41,791 nucleotides of DNA, from positions 1 to 41,791 of the forward strand of contig JALUTT010000076.1 of the NCBI GenBank assembly GCA_027021705.1. Direction: 5' to 3'. The position numbers and the translations under genes are program-made. Within the stretch, counting starts at the first letter, position 1. Each line of letters opens with the position of its first letter. This DNA is from Anaerolineae bacterium (GTDB lineage: Bacteria; Chloroflexota; Anaerolineae; S140-20). Shown here in pieces: positions 9,676 to 18,543 of this stretch. A model generated the notes under the pieces. The model was not told the origin of the DNA. It did no database searches and was given only the letters and a program-made list of their open reading frames with translations.

Positions 9676-11304
9676 ATGCGCTTCTCCCAGCTCTTTGGAC
9701 ACACCCTGCGTGAGGCCCCGGCCGAGGCTCGGTCGGCGAGCTACCGGCTGGCCCTGCGGGCCGGCCTCCTCCGTCCGCTGGCCCCCGGCCTCTACGCCTA
9801 CCTTCCCTTGGGGTGGCGCGTGGTACGCCACCTGGAGGACCGGCTGCGCGAGACGGTGGAGGCGCTGGGCTTCCAAGAGGTCCACCTCCCCTGCTCGGGA
9901 GCGAAGGCCGACGAGAGCCCTACAGCCCCTTCGTTGCCCGCCCTGGTCGCGCTGGCCCGCCGGGAGGTCCGCTCCTACCGAGACCTCCCCCGCGCCCTCT
10001 ACCAGGTCCGCCCCCACCTCCAGGCCCAGGCCCGGCCTGGAGAGGGGTTGCTCCGCCCTCGGGAGGCTCTGCGCTGGGAGGGTTGGAGCCTGCACGCCAC
10101 GGAGGCCGACCTGGACGCCCTCTACGCCCGGCTTCTGGAAGCCCTCCAGCAGCGCCTCCAGCGGTGGGAGTTGGACCCCCTCGTGGCCGAGGGAGATGAA
10201 GGTCACGCCCTCCTGCTCCCCCACCCCGATGGGGGGACCGGCTTCATCGGTTGCCCTGCCTGCGGCTACCGGGCCCTGAGCCATCACGCCCGCCTGGACA
10301 AGGGGGCAGGGATTTCCCAGGAAGCGTTGCAGCCGGTGCGGAAGGTGGCGACCCCCGACTGCCCCACCATCGCCGCCGTCGCCGACTACCTGGGCGTCCC
10401 CACCCGCCAAACTCTGAAGGCGGTCTTCTACGCCGACGCCGAGACGGGGGATCTGGTCTTCGTCGTCATCCGGGGCGATCTGGAGGTGGACGAGGTGAAG
10501 CTGCACCGCGCCTTGGGAGGGCGGTCCCTCCGCCCGGCCCAGCCCGAGGAGGTTGCGCAGGCCGGCGCGGCCCCCGGCTACGCCTCGCCGGTCGGGCTGC
10601 CCGTTCGCCCCTCCCTGGAGGCCAGCGAGGGCATCATCGTCGTCGCCGACGACTCCATCACCCAGGGCAGCAACTTCGTCGCCGGGGCCAACGAGGCTGG
10701 CTACCACCTGACCGGCGTCAACTACCCCCGCGACTTCTCCGTCACCCTGCTGACGGAGATCGCCTTGGTGCAGGAAGGGCACCCCTGTCCCCGCTGTGGC
10801 CGGTCCATGGAGGAAGGGCAGGGCATCCTCCTGGGCGAAGCCCGGCGGCTGGGAAGCCATCCCGGCGGGGCGGCAGAAGCCACCTACCTGGATGCCGACG
10901 GTCGGGAGCGGCCCATCCTGATGGGCCACTACCACCTGGTGGTCAGCGCCCTGATGGCGGCGCTCCTCGAGGCGCACCACGACGATCTGGGCGTCCGCTG
11001 GCCCCCTGACGTGGCCCCCTACCAGGTCCACCTGATCGGGCTGGGGCCGAAGGAGGAGGTGCTGGCCCGGGCGGAACAGCTCTACGAGCGGCTGCGGGCG
11101 GCGGGCTACACCGTCCTCTACGACGACCGGGATGAGCGGGCCGGCGTCAAGTTCGCCGACGCGGACCTGATCGGCTGCCCCATCCGACTGACGGTGAGCC
11201 GGCGGAGCCTCCAGGCCGGCGGCGTCGAGGTGAAGCGCCGCCACGCCGACGAGCGGGAGGTCATCCCCTTCGACACCGTGGAGACCTTTCTGAGGGGCCT
11301 ATAA
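9676..11304 (+). CDS. Prolyl-tRNA synthetase-like protein with degenerate catalytic motifs and intact INS editing and anticodon-binding domains
   Basis: ProRS N-terminus MRFSQLFGHTLREAP, SYRDLP, INS domain (TLKAV, GYASPVG), anticodon domain (YDDRDERAGVKFADADLIG). The PTHEE, FRDE and GIGxxR motifs are absent. Confidence 0.85.
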   Translation: MRFSQLFGHTLREAPAEARSASYRLALRAGLLRPLAPGLYAYLPLGWRVVRHLEDRLRETVEALGFQEVHLPCSGAKADESPTAPSLPALVALARREVRSYRDLPRALYQVRPHLQAQARPGEGLLRPREALRWEGWSLHATEADLDALYARLLEALQQRLQRWELDPLVAEGDEGHALLLPHPDGGTGFIGCPACGYRALSHHARLDKGAGISQEALQPVRKVATPDCPTIAAVADYLGVPTRQTLKAVFYADAETGDLVFVVIRGDLEVDEVKLHRALGGRSLRPAQPEEVAQAGAAPGYASPVGLPVRPSLEASEGIIVVADDSITQGSNFVAGANEAGYHLTGVNYPRDFSVTLLTEIALVQEGHPCPRCGRSMEEGQGILLGEARRLGSHPGGAAEATYLDADGRERPILMGHYHLVVSALMAALLEAHHDDLGVRWPPDVAPYQVHLIGLGPKEEVLARAEQLYERLRAAGYTVLYDDRDERAGVKFADADLIGCPIRLTVSRRSLQAGGVEVKRRHADEREVIPFDTVETFLRGL

Positions 11305-11324
11305 AGAAGGGGGAAGGGCTACCC

Positions 11325-12881
11325 GTGACAGCTCTCCTCAACCGAAGAACTCTCATCGGGATCGTTGGGCTGGCTTTCCTCCTGCGCGCCCTCTCCCTGG
11401 ACGCCCAGAGCATGTGGCGCGACGAGGTAGATGCCCTCCGCTTCGCCCTGACCTTCTGGGAGCGCCTGCAGGCCGCCCGGCAGCCCCTCCAGCTCTGGGC
11501 CGAGGTCAAGGCGCTCCTCACCCAACCCGGCTGGAACGGCCCCCTCTTCTTCCTGTTGCTCCGCCCCTGGATCGGCCTGGTCGGCTCCCGGGCCTACGCG
11601 CTCCGCTTCTTCTCCCTGCTCTTTGGCGTCCTGATGGTCCCCCTGAGCGCGATGCTGGGCCGCCGCCTCCTCGACCGCACCACCGGGCTCCTGGCCGCCC
11701 TCTTCGTCGCCACCTCTCCCTACCTGGTCTGGTACAGCCAGGAACTGAAGATGTACAGCCTGGTCCCCTTCCTGGCGCTGCTGGCCCTCTACGCCCTCCA
11801 CCGAGCTGTCACCGAAGGGGGAAAGAGGTGGTGGGGCCTCGTCATCGTGACCACCACCCTGGCCTTCTACACCCACATCCTGGCCGCCCTCCTCATCCCT
11901 CTGGAAGGGGTGCTCTTCCTGCTCTGGTGGCCCTGCTCCCGTGCCCGCTGGCGAGGGGGCCTGATCGCCCTGCTCAGCCTGACCCTGCCCTACCTGCCCT
12001 TGCTGCGCTGGCAACTCCCCCTCGTCCTGCAGCCGGGGGAGACCGGTTTCACCCGCTACTCCCTGGAGGCGATGGCTTCCATCCTGCTCCAGTACTGGTC
12101 GCTGGGCTTTATGGGCGGTGGCTGGCCCTGGGCCGCGTTTCTCGCCCTGGCCCTGGCGCTGATCGGGCTGACCTGGCGAGCAGCGGCCTCTCCCAGCCCG
12201 GCCTTCCGGCCTGCGAGGGCCGGCGGTCTCTGCCCGTTGTCGCCCTGGCGGCGGACCCTGGCCCTGGCCCTCTGGCCTCTCCTCCCCCTCCTCACCCTCT
12301 GGGCCATCTCCCTGCGCCGGCCCCTCTTCACCGACCGTTACCTGGCCTGGACGGCGGCCGCCTTCTACCTGCTGATGGCCGCCGGGCTCACCCGACTGGC
12401 TCGGCGCTGGCGCATCCCCGCCCTCCTGCTTCTGGCCCTCCTGCTCCTTCTGAACATCCAGTCCCTCTGGACCCAGGCGGTCACCCCGTTCAAGGCGGAC
12501 TTCCGGGGGGCAGCGGCCTACCTGAAGGCCCGCTACCGGCCCGGCGAGCCCATCCTCTTCCACCTCAGCTACATGCGCTACAACTTCGACTACTACTGGT
12601 GCGATGAGCGCTGGCCCTGCACCCCAGAACCCGCCTATCCGGCGGCCGGCGCTCCCGCCCCAGGCCCCTGGATGAGCCCCCAGGAGGTGGATCGGCAGAT
12701 GCGAGCCCTCCTCCAGGGCCATACCACCTTCTGGCTGGTGGCCTCCGAGACGGAGATGTGGGACCCCCGTGGGCTGGTCTGGGACTGGCTGGAGCGCCAC
12801 GCCGAGGAGGTAGAGCGGCGGGATTTCACCCGCGTCATCGTCGTCCACTACCGGCTCTTGCCGGTCGGCGGGCCGGGGTAG
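11325..12881 (+). CDS. GT-C fold (PMT_2/GT39-like) membrane glycosyltransferase
   Basis: QSMWRDE, PLFFLLL, ALRFFSLLFG, SPYLVWYSQELKMYSL, YTH, DRYL; multi-TM; GTG start. Confidence 0.82.
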   Translation: MTALLNRRTLIGIVGLAFLLRALSLDAQSMWRDEVDALRFALTFWERLQAARQPLQLWAEVKALLTQPGWNGPLFFLLLRPWIGLVGSRAYALRFFSLLFGVLMVPLSAMLGRRLLDRTTGLLAALFVATSPYLVWYSQELKMYSLVPFLALLALYALHRAVTEGGKRWWGLVIVTTTLAFYTHILAALLIPLEGVLFLLWWPCSRARWRGGLIALLSLTLPYLPLLRWQLPLVLQPGETGFTRYSLEAMASILLQYWSLGFMGGGWPWAAFLALALALIGLTWRAAASPSPAFRPARAGGLCPLSPWRRTLALALWPLLPLLTLWAISLRRPLFTDRYLAWTAAAFYLLMAAGLTRLARRWRIPALLLLALLLLLNIQSLWTQAVTPFKADFRGAAAYLKARYRPGEPILFHLSYMRYNFDYYWCDERWPCTPEPAYPAAGAPAPGPWMSPQEVDRQMRALLQGHTTFWLVASETEMWDPRGLVWDWLERHAEEVERRDFTRVIVVHYRLLPVGGPG

Positions 12882-12892
12882 GAGTTCCGGGT

Positions 12893-13064
12893 CCTCCCGC
12901 AGGCCTCGCGAGCCTTTCCCTCCCGCAGGCCCTGCGATGACCAACGACCAAGACGGCGGGTAAAGGCTGCCTCCATCGCACTTCAGGCCGGGAAGGGGCC
13001 TGCGGGAGGGCCCCTCGAGGCTGCCTCCATCGCACTTCAAGCCGAGAGGGGGCCTGCGGGAGGG
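12893..13064. repeat. Cluster of REP-like CCTCCCGCAGGCC repeats, including a 47-bp direct repeat with 54-bp period
   Basis: Two forward cores (about 12893 and 12918) and two reverse cores inside the near-identical units at 12964-13010 and 13018-13064. Lies between convergent genes. Confidence 0.8.
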
Positions 13065-13091
13065 TTCCTCTCCGGCGGGAGCGGGTGAAGT

Positions 13092-14762
13092 CTACCGCCA
13101 GGCCCGGGTGAGGGCGACCTGGGCTTCGTAGTCACGGAGCTGACGGGCCTTCTCCGCCTCATCCCAGCCCAGCAGGGCGGCCATCCGGTCGGCGACCTGA
13201 GGAGCCACCGCCAGCCCGCCGTCTCGATCTTCGTAGATGACGTGGGTGCGGCGGATGAGGAAGTCGCTCAGCGTCTGGGCCATCTCGTGCTTGACGGCGT
13301 AGGGGATCTCGGCCAGCAGGTAGGGACGGTGGGGGAGCAGAGGCTGCCCCAAGGCGGGGTTCTCCTCGACGTAGGCCAGGATGCGGGCAGCCTCGGGGCC
13401 GTAGGTGCGGGTGAGGTGGCGCAGGCTCTTTTCGGGGACGGGGACGTCCACCGGGCGGAAGGCGGTCAGCACCGGCCAGTTCAGGGGCGAGCGGATGGGC
13501 GTCCCATCCAGCCGCAGGCGGGCCGTCATGCAAGGGTGGGCGGCCTGGATGCCGAACTGCTCGTCCAGCAGCCGGGCCGCCCGGTCCACCAACTCCTCGG
13601 CCATCAGGCGGTGGGTGGTCAGCTTCCCGCCGGCGATGGTGAGCAGGCCGGGGGCCGTCTCCTCGATGTGGTGCTCGCGGGAGATGGCGTAGGTGCTGGC
13701 CGCCTCCTGGGCGATGAGGGGCCGCAGTCCGGCGTAGGTGCTGACGATGTCCGCCTCGCTCAGCCGGGCCGTGGGAAAGGCCCGATGGGCGGCCTCCAGC
13801 AGGTAGGCCACGTCCCAGGCGTCGGCGGCCACCGCCTCGGGGTCCCCGGAGTAGTCGGTGTCCGTCGTCCCCAGGATGGCGAACTCCCCCCAGGGGATGA
13901 GGAAGAGATGCCGCCCATCGCGGGGGGAGTCAAAGACGATGGCGTGCTGGGTGGGCACCCGCTCCCAGGGGACGATGAGGTGTGCCCCCTTGGTCGGGCG
14001 GAGCATCGCCGGAGGGTTGTCGCTCATCCGGCGGATGGCGTCCGCCCAGGGACCGGCTGCGTTGACCACCAGCCGGGCCTGGACCTCGATCTCCTGCCCG
14101 GTCCGGGCGTCCCGCACGACCGCCCCGACGACGCGCAGGCCGGAGCGGAGGAGGGCAATGACCGGGGCGTGGTTGACGACGACGGCGCCGGCGTAGTGGG
14201 CAGCCTTGGCCGTCAGCAGGGTGAGCCGGGCATCGTCCACAGCAGCGTCGTAGTAGCGGACCGCCCCCTTCAGCCCCCGGCGGGCCAGGAAAGGCTCTCG
14301 GCGGGCGACCCGATGGGCCCCCAGCGTCCGGTGGCGCTGGACGTTGCGGAAGAGCCCCAGGATGTCGTAGAGCCAGAGGCCGAGGGCCAGCTTCAGGAGG
14401 CCGGTGCCGGTGCCGTAGACGGGGTAGAGGAAGGGGAGGGGGGAGATCAGCCGGGGAGCGATCCGACGCAGGCGATAGCGCTCGGTGCTGGCCTCGTAGA
14501 CCAGGCCGAACCGGTAGAACTCCAGGTAGCGCACGCCCCCATGGATCAGGCGCGAGGAACGGCTGCTCGTCCCGCTGGCGAAGTCCGCCTTTTCCACCAG
14601 AGCGGTGCGGAAGCCTCGCAGGGCGGCGTCCCGGGCGATGGCCGTTCCGGTGATGCCGCCCCCGATGACCAGCAGGTCGAAGGTCTCGTGATGCAGTCGT
14701 TCCAGGTTTTCTTGGCGGGCGATGTGGGAGAAGGGACGGGTATCGGCAAAAGGTCCCGTCAT
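13092..14762 (-). CDS. glpD: FAD-dependent glycerol-3-phosphate dehydrogenase/oxidase
   Basis: IGGGITG, DFASGTSSRSSRLIHGGVRYLE, VDDARL, GTTDT, AGLRPL, GGKLTT. Confidence 0.9.
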   Translation of the reverse strand: MTGPFADTRPFSHIARQENLERLHHETFDLLVIGGGITGTAIARDAALRGFRTALVEKADFASGTSSRSSRLIHGGVRYLEFYRFGLVYEASTERYRLRRIAPRLISPLPFLYPVYGTGTGLLKLALGLWLYDILGLFRNVQRHRTLGAHRVARREPFLARRGLKGAVRYYDAAVDDARLTLLTAKAAHYAGAVVVNHAPVIALLRSGLRVVGAVVRDARTGQEIEVQARLVVNAAGPWADAIRRMSDNPPAMLRPTKGAHLIVPWERVPTQHAIVFDSPRDGRHLFLIPWGEFAILGTTDTDYSGDPEAVAADAWDVAYLLEAAHRAFPTARLSEADIVSTYAGLRPLIAQEAASTYAISREHHIEETAPGLLTIAGGKLTTHRLMAEELVDRAARLLDEQFGIQAAHPCMTARLRLDGTPIRSPLNWPVLTAFRPVDVPVPEKSLRHLTRTYGPEAARILAYVEENPALGQPLLPHRPYLLAEIPYAVKHEMAQTLSDFLIRRTHVIYEDRDGGLAVAPQVADRMAALLGWDEAEKARQLRDYEAQVALTRAWR

Positions 14763-15352
14763 TTCAAGGGTCCCCAGACCTCGGGGGGCCAGTAGGAGAA
14801 CCAGGCCCGCCCCACCACGTTCTCAATGGGGACGGGGCCGAAACTGCGGGAGTCCCGCGAGAAGCTGCGGTTGTCCCCCAGCACGAAGATGTGCAGCGGC
14901 GGCACCTCCACGGGACCGTAGTCCTGGCCTCCGGTCAGGGCAGACAGATAGGGCTCCTGGATCCGCCGGCCGTTGATGTAGAGGTGGCCCTCCTTGATCA
15001 GCACCGTCTCGCCGGGCAGGCCGACGACCCGCTTGATGAGCATCTCGGGGCCGGCCTGGGGGACACGCAGGACGACGATGTCGCCTCGCCGGGGGCCGTG
15101 GAAGCGGTAGGTGATCTTCTCCACGACCAGCCGCTGCTGAGAGTGGAGGGTCGGTTCCATGCTCTGCCCTTGCACCTGGGTGGCCTGGGCGAGGAAGAGG
15201 TTGATCACCAGGGCGATGACCAGGGCGGGGACGATGGTCTCCAGCAGGGAGCGGAAGAAGGTCAGGAGAGACCGCCAAGGGCTGACGGTCTCTCCCAGGG
15301 TCTCTTCCGGGGGAGAGGAGGTTACATCGAAGGGATCCGTGCTCTCCGTCAT
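14759..15352 (-). CDS. lepB: Signal peptidase I
   Basis: GQSMEPTL (catalytic Ser), LIKRVVGLPG (catalytic Lys), GDNR..SRDSR.FG; one N-terminal TM helix. Confidence 0.93.
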   Translation of the reverse strand: MTESTDPFDVTSSPPEETLGETVSPWRSLLTFFRSLLETIVPALVIALVINLFLAQATQVQGQSMEPTLHSQQRLVVEKITYRFHGPRRGDIVVLRVPQAGPEMLIKRVVGLPGETVLIKEGHLYINGRRIQEPYLSALTGGQDYGPVEVPPLHIFVLGDNRSFSRDSRSFGPVPIENVVGRAWFSYWPPEVWGPLK

Positions 15353-15410
15353 TGGAACCTCCCCTTAGGGAGCAGGTTGCAGACCTGCCGGGGCCTGCGG
15401 CCCCGTCGTG

Positions 15411-17585
15411 CTACCGGCGGCGCGGACCGCGCTTACCCCGTGAGCCTCCGCCCCGGCTGGGCTTGCGGTCCCGGGCCCGCGCTTCCTCGGGCGTCCAGCC
15501 CTCCAGCACGGCCTGGCGGGAGAGGCGAACCTTCCCGTCGGCGTCAATGTCGGTCACCATCACCATGATCTCGTCGCCCACCTGGACCACATCCTCCACG
15601 CGGGAGGCGCGGAAGTCGGCCAACTGGGAGATGTGGACCATGCCGTCCTGGCCAGGCAGGAACTCGACGAAGGCCCCGAAGTCGGTGGTGCGGACCACCT
15701 TGCCCACGTAGACCTTGCCGATCTCCGGCTCCTCGGTCAGGGCCTCGATCATCTCCTGGGCACGTCGGGCGCTATCGCCGTTGGTGGCGGCGATGTAGAC
15801 GGTCCCATCATCCTCGATCTCGATGCGGACGCCGGTCTCCTCCTGGATGTGGCGGACCATCTTGCCCCCAGGGCCGATGATGGCCCCGATCTTGTCCGGA
15901 TCCACGTGGAGGATGGTCATCCGTGGCGCGTAGGGGGAGAGGTCCGGTCGAGGCTCGGGGATCACCTCCAGCATCTTGTCCAGGATGAAGAGCCGGGCTT
16001 CGCGGGCCTGCTCCAGGGCCTCGGCCATGATCTGGTAGCTGATGCCCTTGATCTTGATGTCCATCTGAAGGGCGGTGATCCCTTCCGTGGTGCCGGCCAC
16101 CTTGAAGTCCATATCGCCCAGGTGGTCCTCCATCCCCTGGATGTCGGTGAGGATGGCGTAGCGGTCGCCTTCCTTGATGAGCCCCATAGCGATGCCGGCC
16201 ACCGGGCGCTTGATGGGGACGCCGGCGTCCATCAGGGCGAGGGTGCTGCCGCAGACGCTGGCCATCGAGGTGCTGCCGTTGGAGGAGAGGACCTCGGAGA
16301 CGACGCGGATGGTGTAGGGGAACTCGTCCTCAGGCGGGATCATCGGGCGCAGGGCCGTCTCCGCCAGGGCTCCATGGCCGATCTCCCGGCGCTTGGGGCC
16401 GGTCAGGAAGCGGGTCTCCCCGGTGGAGTAGGGCGGGAAGTTGTAGTGGTGGATGTACCGCTTCGACTCGACCGGGTAGAGGCCATCCAGCGGCTGTTCG
16501 TCGCGAGGGGTCCCCAGGGTGACGATGCTCAACACCTGGGTCTCCCCTCGGGTGAAGAGCCCGGAGCCGTGAGCACGGGGGGCGATCCCCACCTCGACGG
16601 AGATGGGACGAATATCCCGCAGGCCACGCCCGTCGGGGCGGATGCCCTCGTTCAGGATGCGCTCTCGCACCTCCCGCTTCAGCACCTCGGTGAAGACCTG
16701 GCTGACGTCGCGGGGGGCGATCTCGTCCTCGTCGAAGGCGGCCATCACCTCGTTCTCGATGGCGTCGAGGATAGCCGCCCGCTCCGCTTTGTCGCGGGAC
16801 TCCAGTTCCGGCATCACCTGCTCCAGCCGGTCCCCGATCTCGTCGGCGATCCGCTCGCTCAGGTCCTTGGGGACGGCGAAGGAGGTGTACTCCCGCTTCG
16901 GCTTGCCCACGGCCTCCCGCATCTCCTCCTGGAGGTCAATGAGGGGCTGGATGGCCTCGTGGGCCAGCTTCAGGGCCTCGACGACGATCTCCTCGGGGAC
17001 TTCGTTGGCCCCCGCCTCGACCATCAGAATGGCCTCCCGGGTGCCGGCGACCCGCAGGTCCAACCGGCTGTTGACCATCTCGGGGATCGTCGGGTTGACC
17101 ACCAGTTCGTCGTCAATGAGCCCGATCCGCACGGCTCCCACCGGCCCATCCCAGGGGATGTCGGAGATGGTCAGCGCGGCCGAGGCGCCGATGATGCCCA
17201 GGATGTCTATGTCGTTGACCTGGTCGTGGGAGAGGGCGGTGAGGATGACCTGGACATCGTTGCGCAGGTCCTTGGGGAAGAGGGGGCGGATGGGGCGGTC
17301 GGTGAGGCGGCAGATGAGGATGGCCGCTTCGGCGGGCCGCCCTTCCCGGCGGAAGAAGCTGCCCGGGATACGCCCCACGGCGTAAAGCCGTTCCTCGTAG
17401 TCCACGCTCAGGGGGAAGAAATCAATCCCCTCGCGGGGCGTTTTGGACATCGTGGCCGTGGCCAGGAGCATCGTGTCGCCCCAGCGCACGGTAACGGCAC
17501 CGCCGGCCTGCATGGCCAGCTTGCCGGTTTCGATGGTGATCTCCTTCCCGGCGATCACCGTTTTGAATTGTCTTGCTTCGTTCAT
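15411..17585 (-). CDS. pnp: Polyribonucleotide nucleotidyltransferase (PNPase)
   Basis: [51 protein letters not shown] and S1 domains; downstream of rpsO. Confidence 0.97.
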   Translation of the reverse strand: MNEARQFKTVIAGKEITIETGKLAMQAGGAVTVRWGDTMLLATATMSKTPREGIDFFPLSVDYEERLYAVGRIPGSFFRREGRPAEAAILICRLTDRPIRPLFPKDLRNDVQVILTALSHDQVNDIDILGIIGASAALTISDIPWDGPVGAVRIGLIDDELVVNPTIPEMVNSRLDLRVAGTREAILMVEAGANEVPEEIVVEALKLAHEAIQPLIDLQEEMREAVGKPKREYTSFAVPKDLSERIADEIGDRLEQVMPELESRDKAERAAILDAIENEVMAAFDEDEIAPRDVSQVFTEVLKREVRERILNEGIRPDGRGLRDIRPISVEVGIAPRAHGSGLFTRGETQVLSIVTLGTPRDEQPLDGLYPVESKRYIHHYNFPPYSTGETRFLTGPKRREIGHGALAETALRPMIPPEDEFPYTIRVVSEVLSSNGSTSMASVCGSTLALMDAGVPIKRPVAGIAMGLIKEGDRYAILTDIQGMEDHLGDMDFKVAGTTEGITALQMDIKIKGISYQIMAEALEQAREARLFILDKMLEVIPEPRPDLSPYAPRMTILHVDPDKIGAIIGPGGKMVRHIQEETGVRIEIEDDGTVYIAATNGDSARRAQEMIEALTEEPEIGKVYVGKVVRTTDFGAFVEFLPGQDGMVHISQLADFRASRVEDVVQVGDEIMVMVTDIDADGKVRLSRQAVLEGWTPEEARARDRKPSRGGGSRGKRGPRRR

Positions 17586-17603
17586 CGTTTACACCTCCGT
17601 GCC

Positions 17604-17691
17604 GGCAGGGCGCGGAGGTCAGGGACTGGAGAGTAAGCTGGACCGCACCGCTTCCAGCCCACTCTCCAATTCCTGGACCCCGCTCCCTGCC
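17604..17691 (-). promoter_or_regulatory. Long imperfect stem-loop in the pnp leader (possible RNase III site)
   Basis: Nested complementary segments ggcaggg/ccctgcc, ggtc/gacc, tggagagt/actctcca, gctgga/tccagc. Confidence 0.55.
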
Positions 17692-17740
17692 TGGACACTA
17701 TCATTGGCTTGACTACGTTGGCCGTTCTCCGGCCTGACAG

Positions 17741-17776
17741 CAAACGAGTAGATGGGAAGCCTCCGCATCTACTCGC
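17741..17776 (-). terminator. Terminator-like hairpin after rpsO
   Basis: cgagtagatg/catctactcg 10-bp stem followed by TTTG on the minus strand. Confidence 0.6.
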
Positions 17777-17796
17777 CTGGACCGTCCATCGCTGAT

Positions 17797-18066
17797 TTAC
17801 TTGCGCAAACCTAGCTTTTCGATGACCTCCCGATACCGTTGCGGGTCTTTACGACTCAGGTAATTCAGGAGGCGTCGGCGTCGCCCGACCATCTTGAGCA
17901 ACCCGCGCCGGGAGTGCTCATCGTGCTTGTGCACCTTGAGATGTTCCGTCAACTGGTTGATCCGGGTGGTCAACAAGGCGATCTGGACTTCAGGAGAGCC
18001 CGTGTCGGAAGGATGCCGGTGGAACTCTCGGATGACGGCTTCCTTTTCTTCCTTACTCAGCGGCAC
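17797..18066 (-). CDS. rpsO: 30S ribosomal protein S15
   Basis: [46 protein letters not shown]; 89 aa. Confidence 0.98.
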   Translation of the reverse strand: MPLSKEEKEAVIREFHRHPSDTGSPEVQIALLTTRINQLTEHLKVHKHDEHSRRGLLKMVGRRRRLLNYLSRKDPQRYREVIEKLGLRK

Positions 18067-18112
18067 AGATCATCCCTCCTACAGCGTGGTTTCTGATCTC
18101 GAATCCGCTCCA

Positions 18113-18141
18113 ATTGTACCACATCTGGACCGAAGTGACAA
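18113..18141 (-). promoter_or_regulatory. rpsO promoter TTGTCA-N17-TACAAT with extended TG
   Basis: -35 at 18136-18141, -10 at 18113-18118. Confidence 0.7.
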
Positions 18142-18172
18142 CTGGGGCTGGATGAGAGTCTTTCCCTGCTCA

Positions 18173-18412
18173 CTACCCTAATCCTTCTGCTTCCATCAAC
18201 TCAGCGATCCGATCAGCCAGCAAGGGCACCACAGGCCGCTTTGGGGTCAAGAGCAACATTGAACCCACCTGAACGAGGGTCAGCACATCACCCTCACGGA
18301 TGTTCAAACGATCACGTACCTCCCTTGGCACGGTGATCTGCCCTCGCCGGCGCAGGCGAATGTCGTAGGTCTTTAGAAGGCCCGCTTCATCAGGCACCCA
18401 TGTTGTGGTCAT
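18173..18412 (-). CDS. AbrB/MazE/SpoVT-family DNA-binding protein (orphan antitoxin-like, possibly truncated)
   Basis: RRRGQITVPREVRDRLNIREGDVL swapped-hairpin motif; GGAGG RBS; no toxin gene downstream. Confidence 0.8.
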   Translation of the reverse strand: MTTTWVPDEAGLLKTYDIRLRRRGQITVPREVRDRLNIREGDVLTLVQVGSMLLLTPKRPVVPLLADRIAELMEAEGLG

Positions 18413-18452
18413 TTCCCAGTCCTCCCATCCAACTTCCCGATTGCCTGACGAA

Positions 18453-18481
18453 AGTATACCATCTCACTTGTTCTGTGTCAA
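18453..18481 (-). promoter_or_regulatory. Near-consensus promoter TTGACA-N17-TATACT for the AbrB-like gene
   Basis: -35 at 18476-18481, -10 at 18453-18458, extended TG. Confidence 0.75.
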
Positions 18482-18489
18482 TGGATGTC

Positions 18490-18521
18490 AAAAAGGCCGG
18501 AGACCTGCAGGCCCCCGGCCT
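18490..18521 (-). terminator. Rho-independent terminator of the S8 peptidase gene
   Basis: AGGCCGGGGGCCTGCAGGTCTCCGGCCTTTTT on the minus strand. Confidence 0.8.
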
Positions 18522-18543
18522 ATCCCCCGTGAGACGGGACGGT

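Noticed and set aside
9676..11304. Annotation as functional proS
   Set aside because: Essential class II motif 2 and motif 3 arginines and the proline-binding loop are missing.
12964..13064. Direct repeats as a possible mini-CRISPR
   Set aside because: Only two 47-bp units with a 7-bp gap, no unique spacers and no cas genes.
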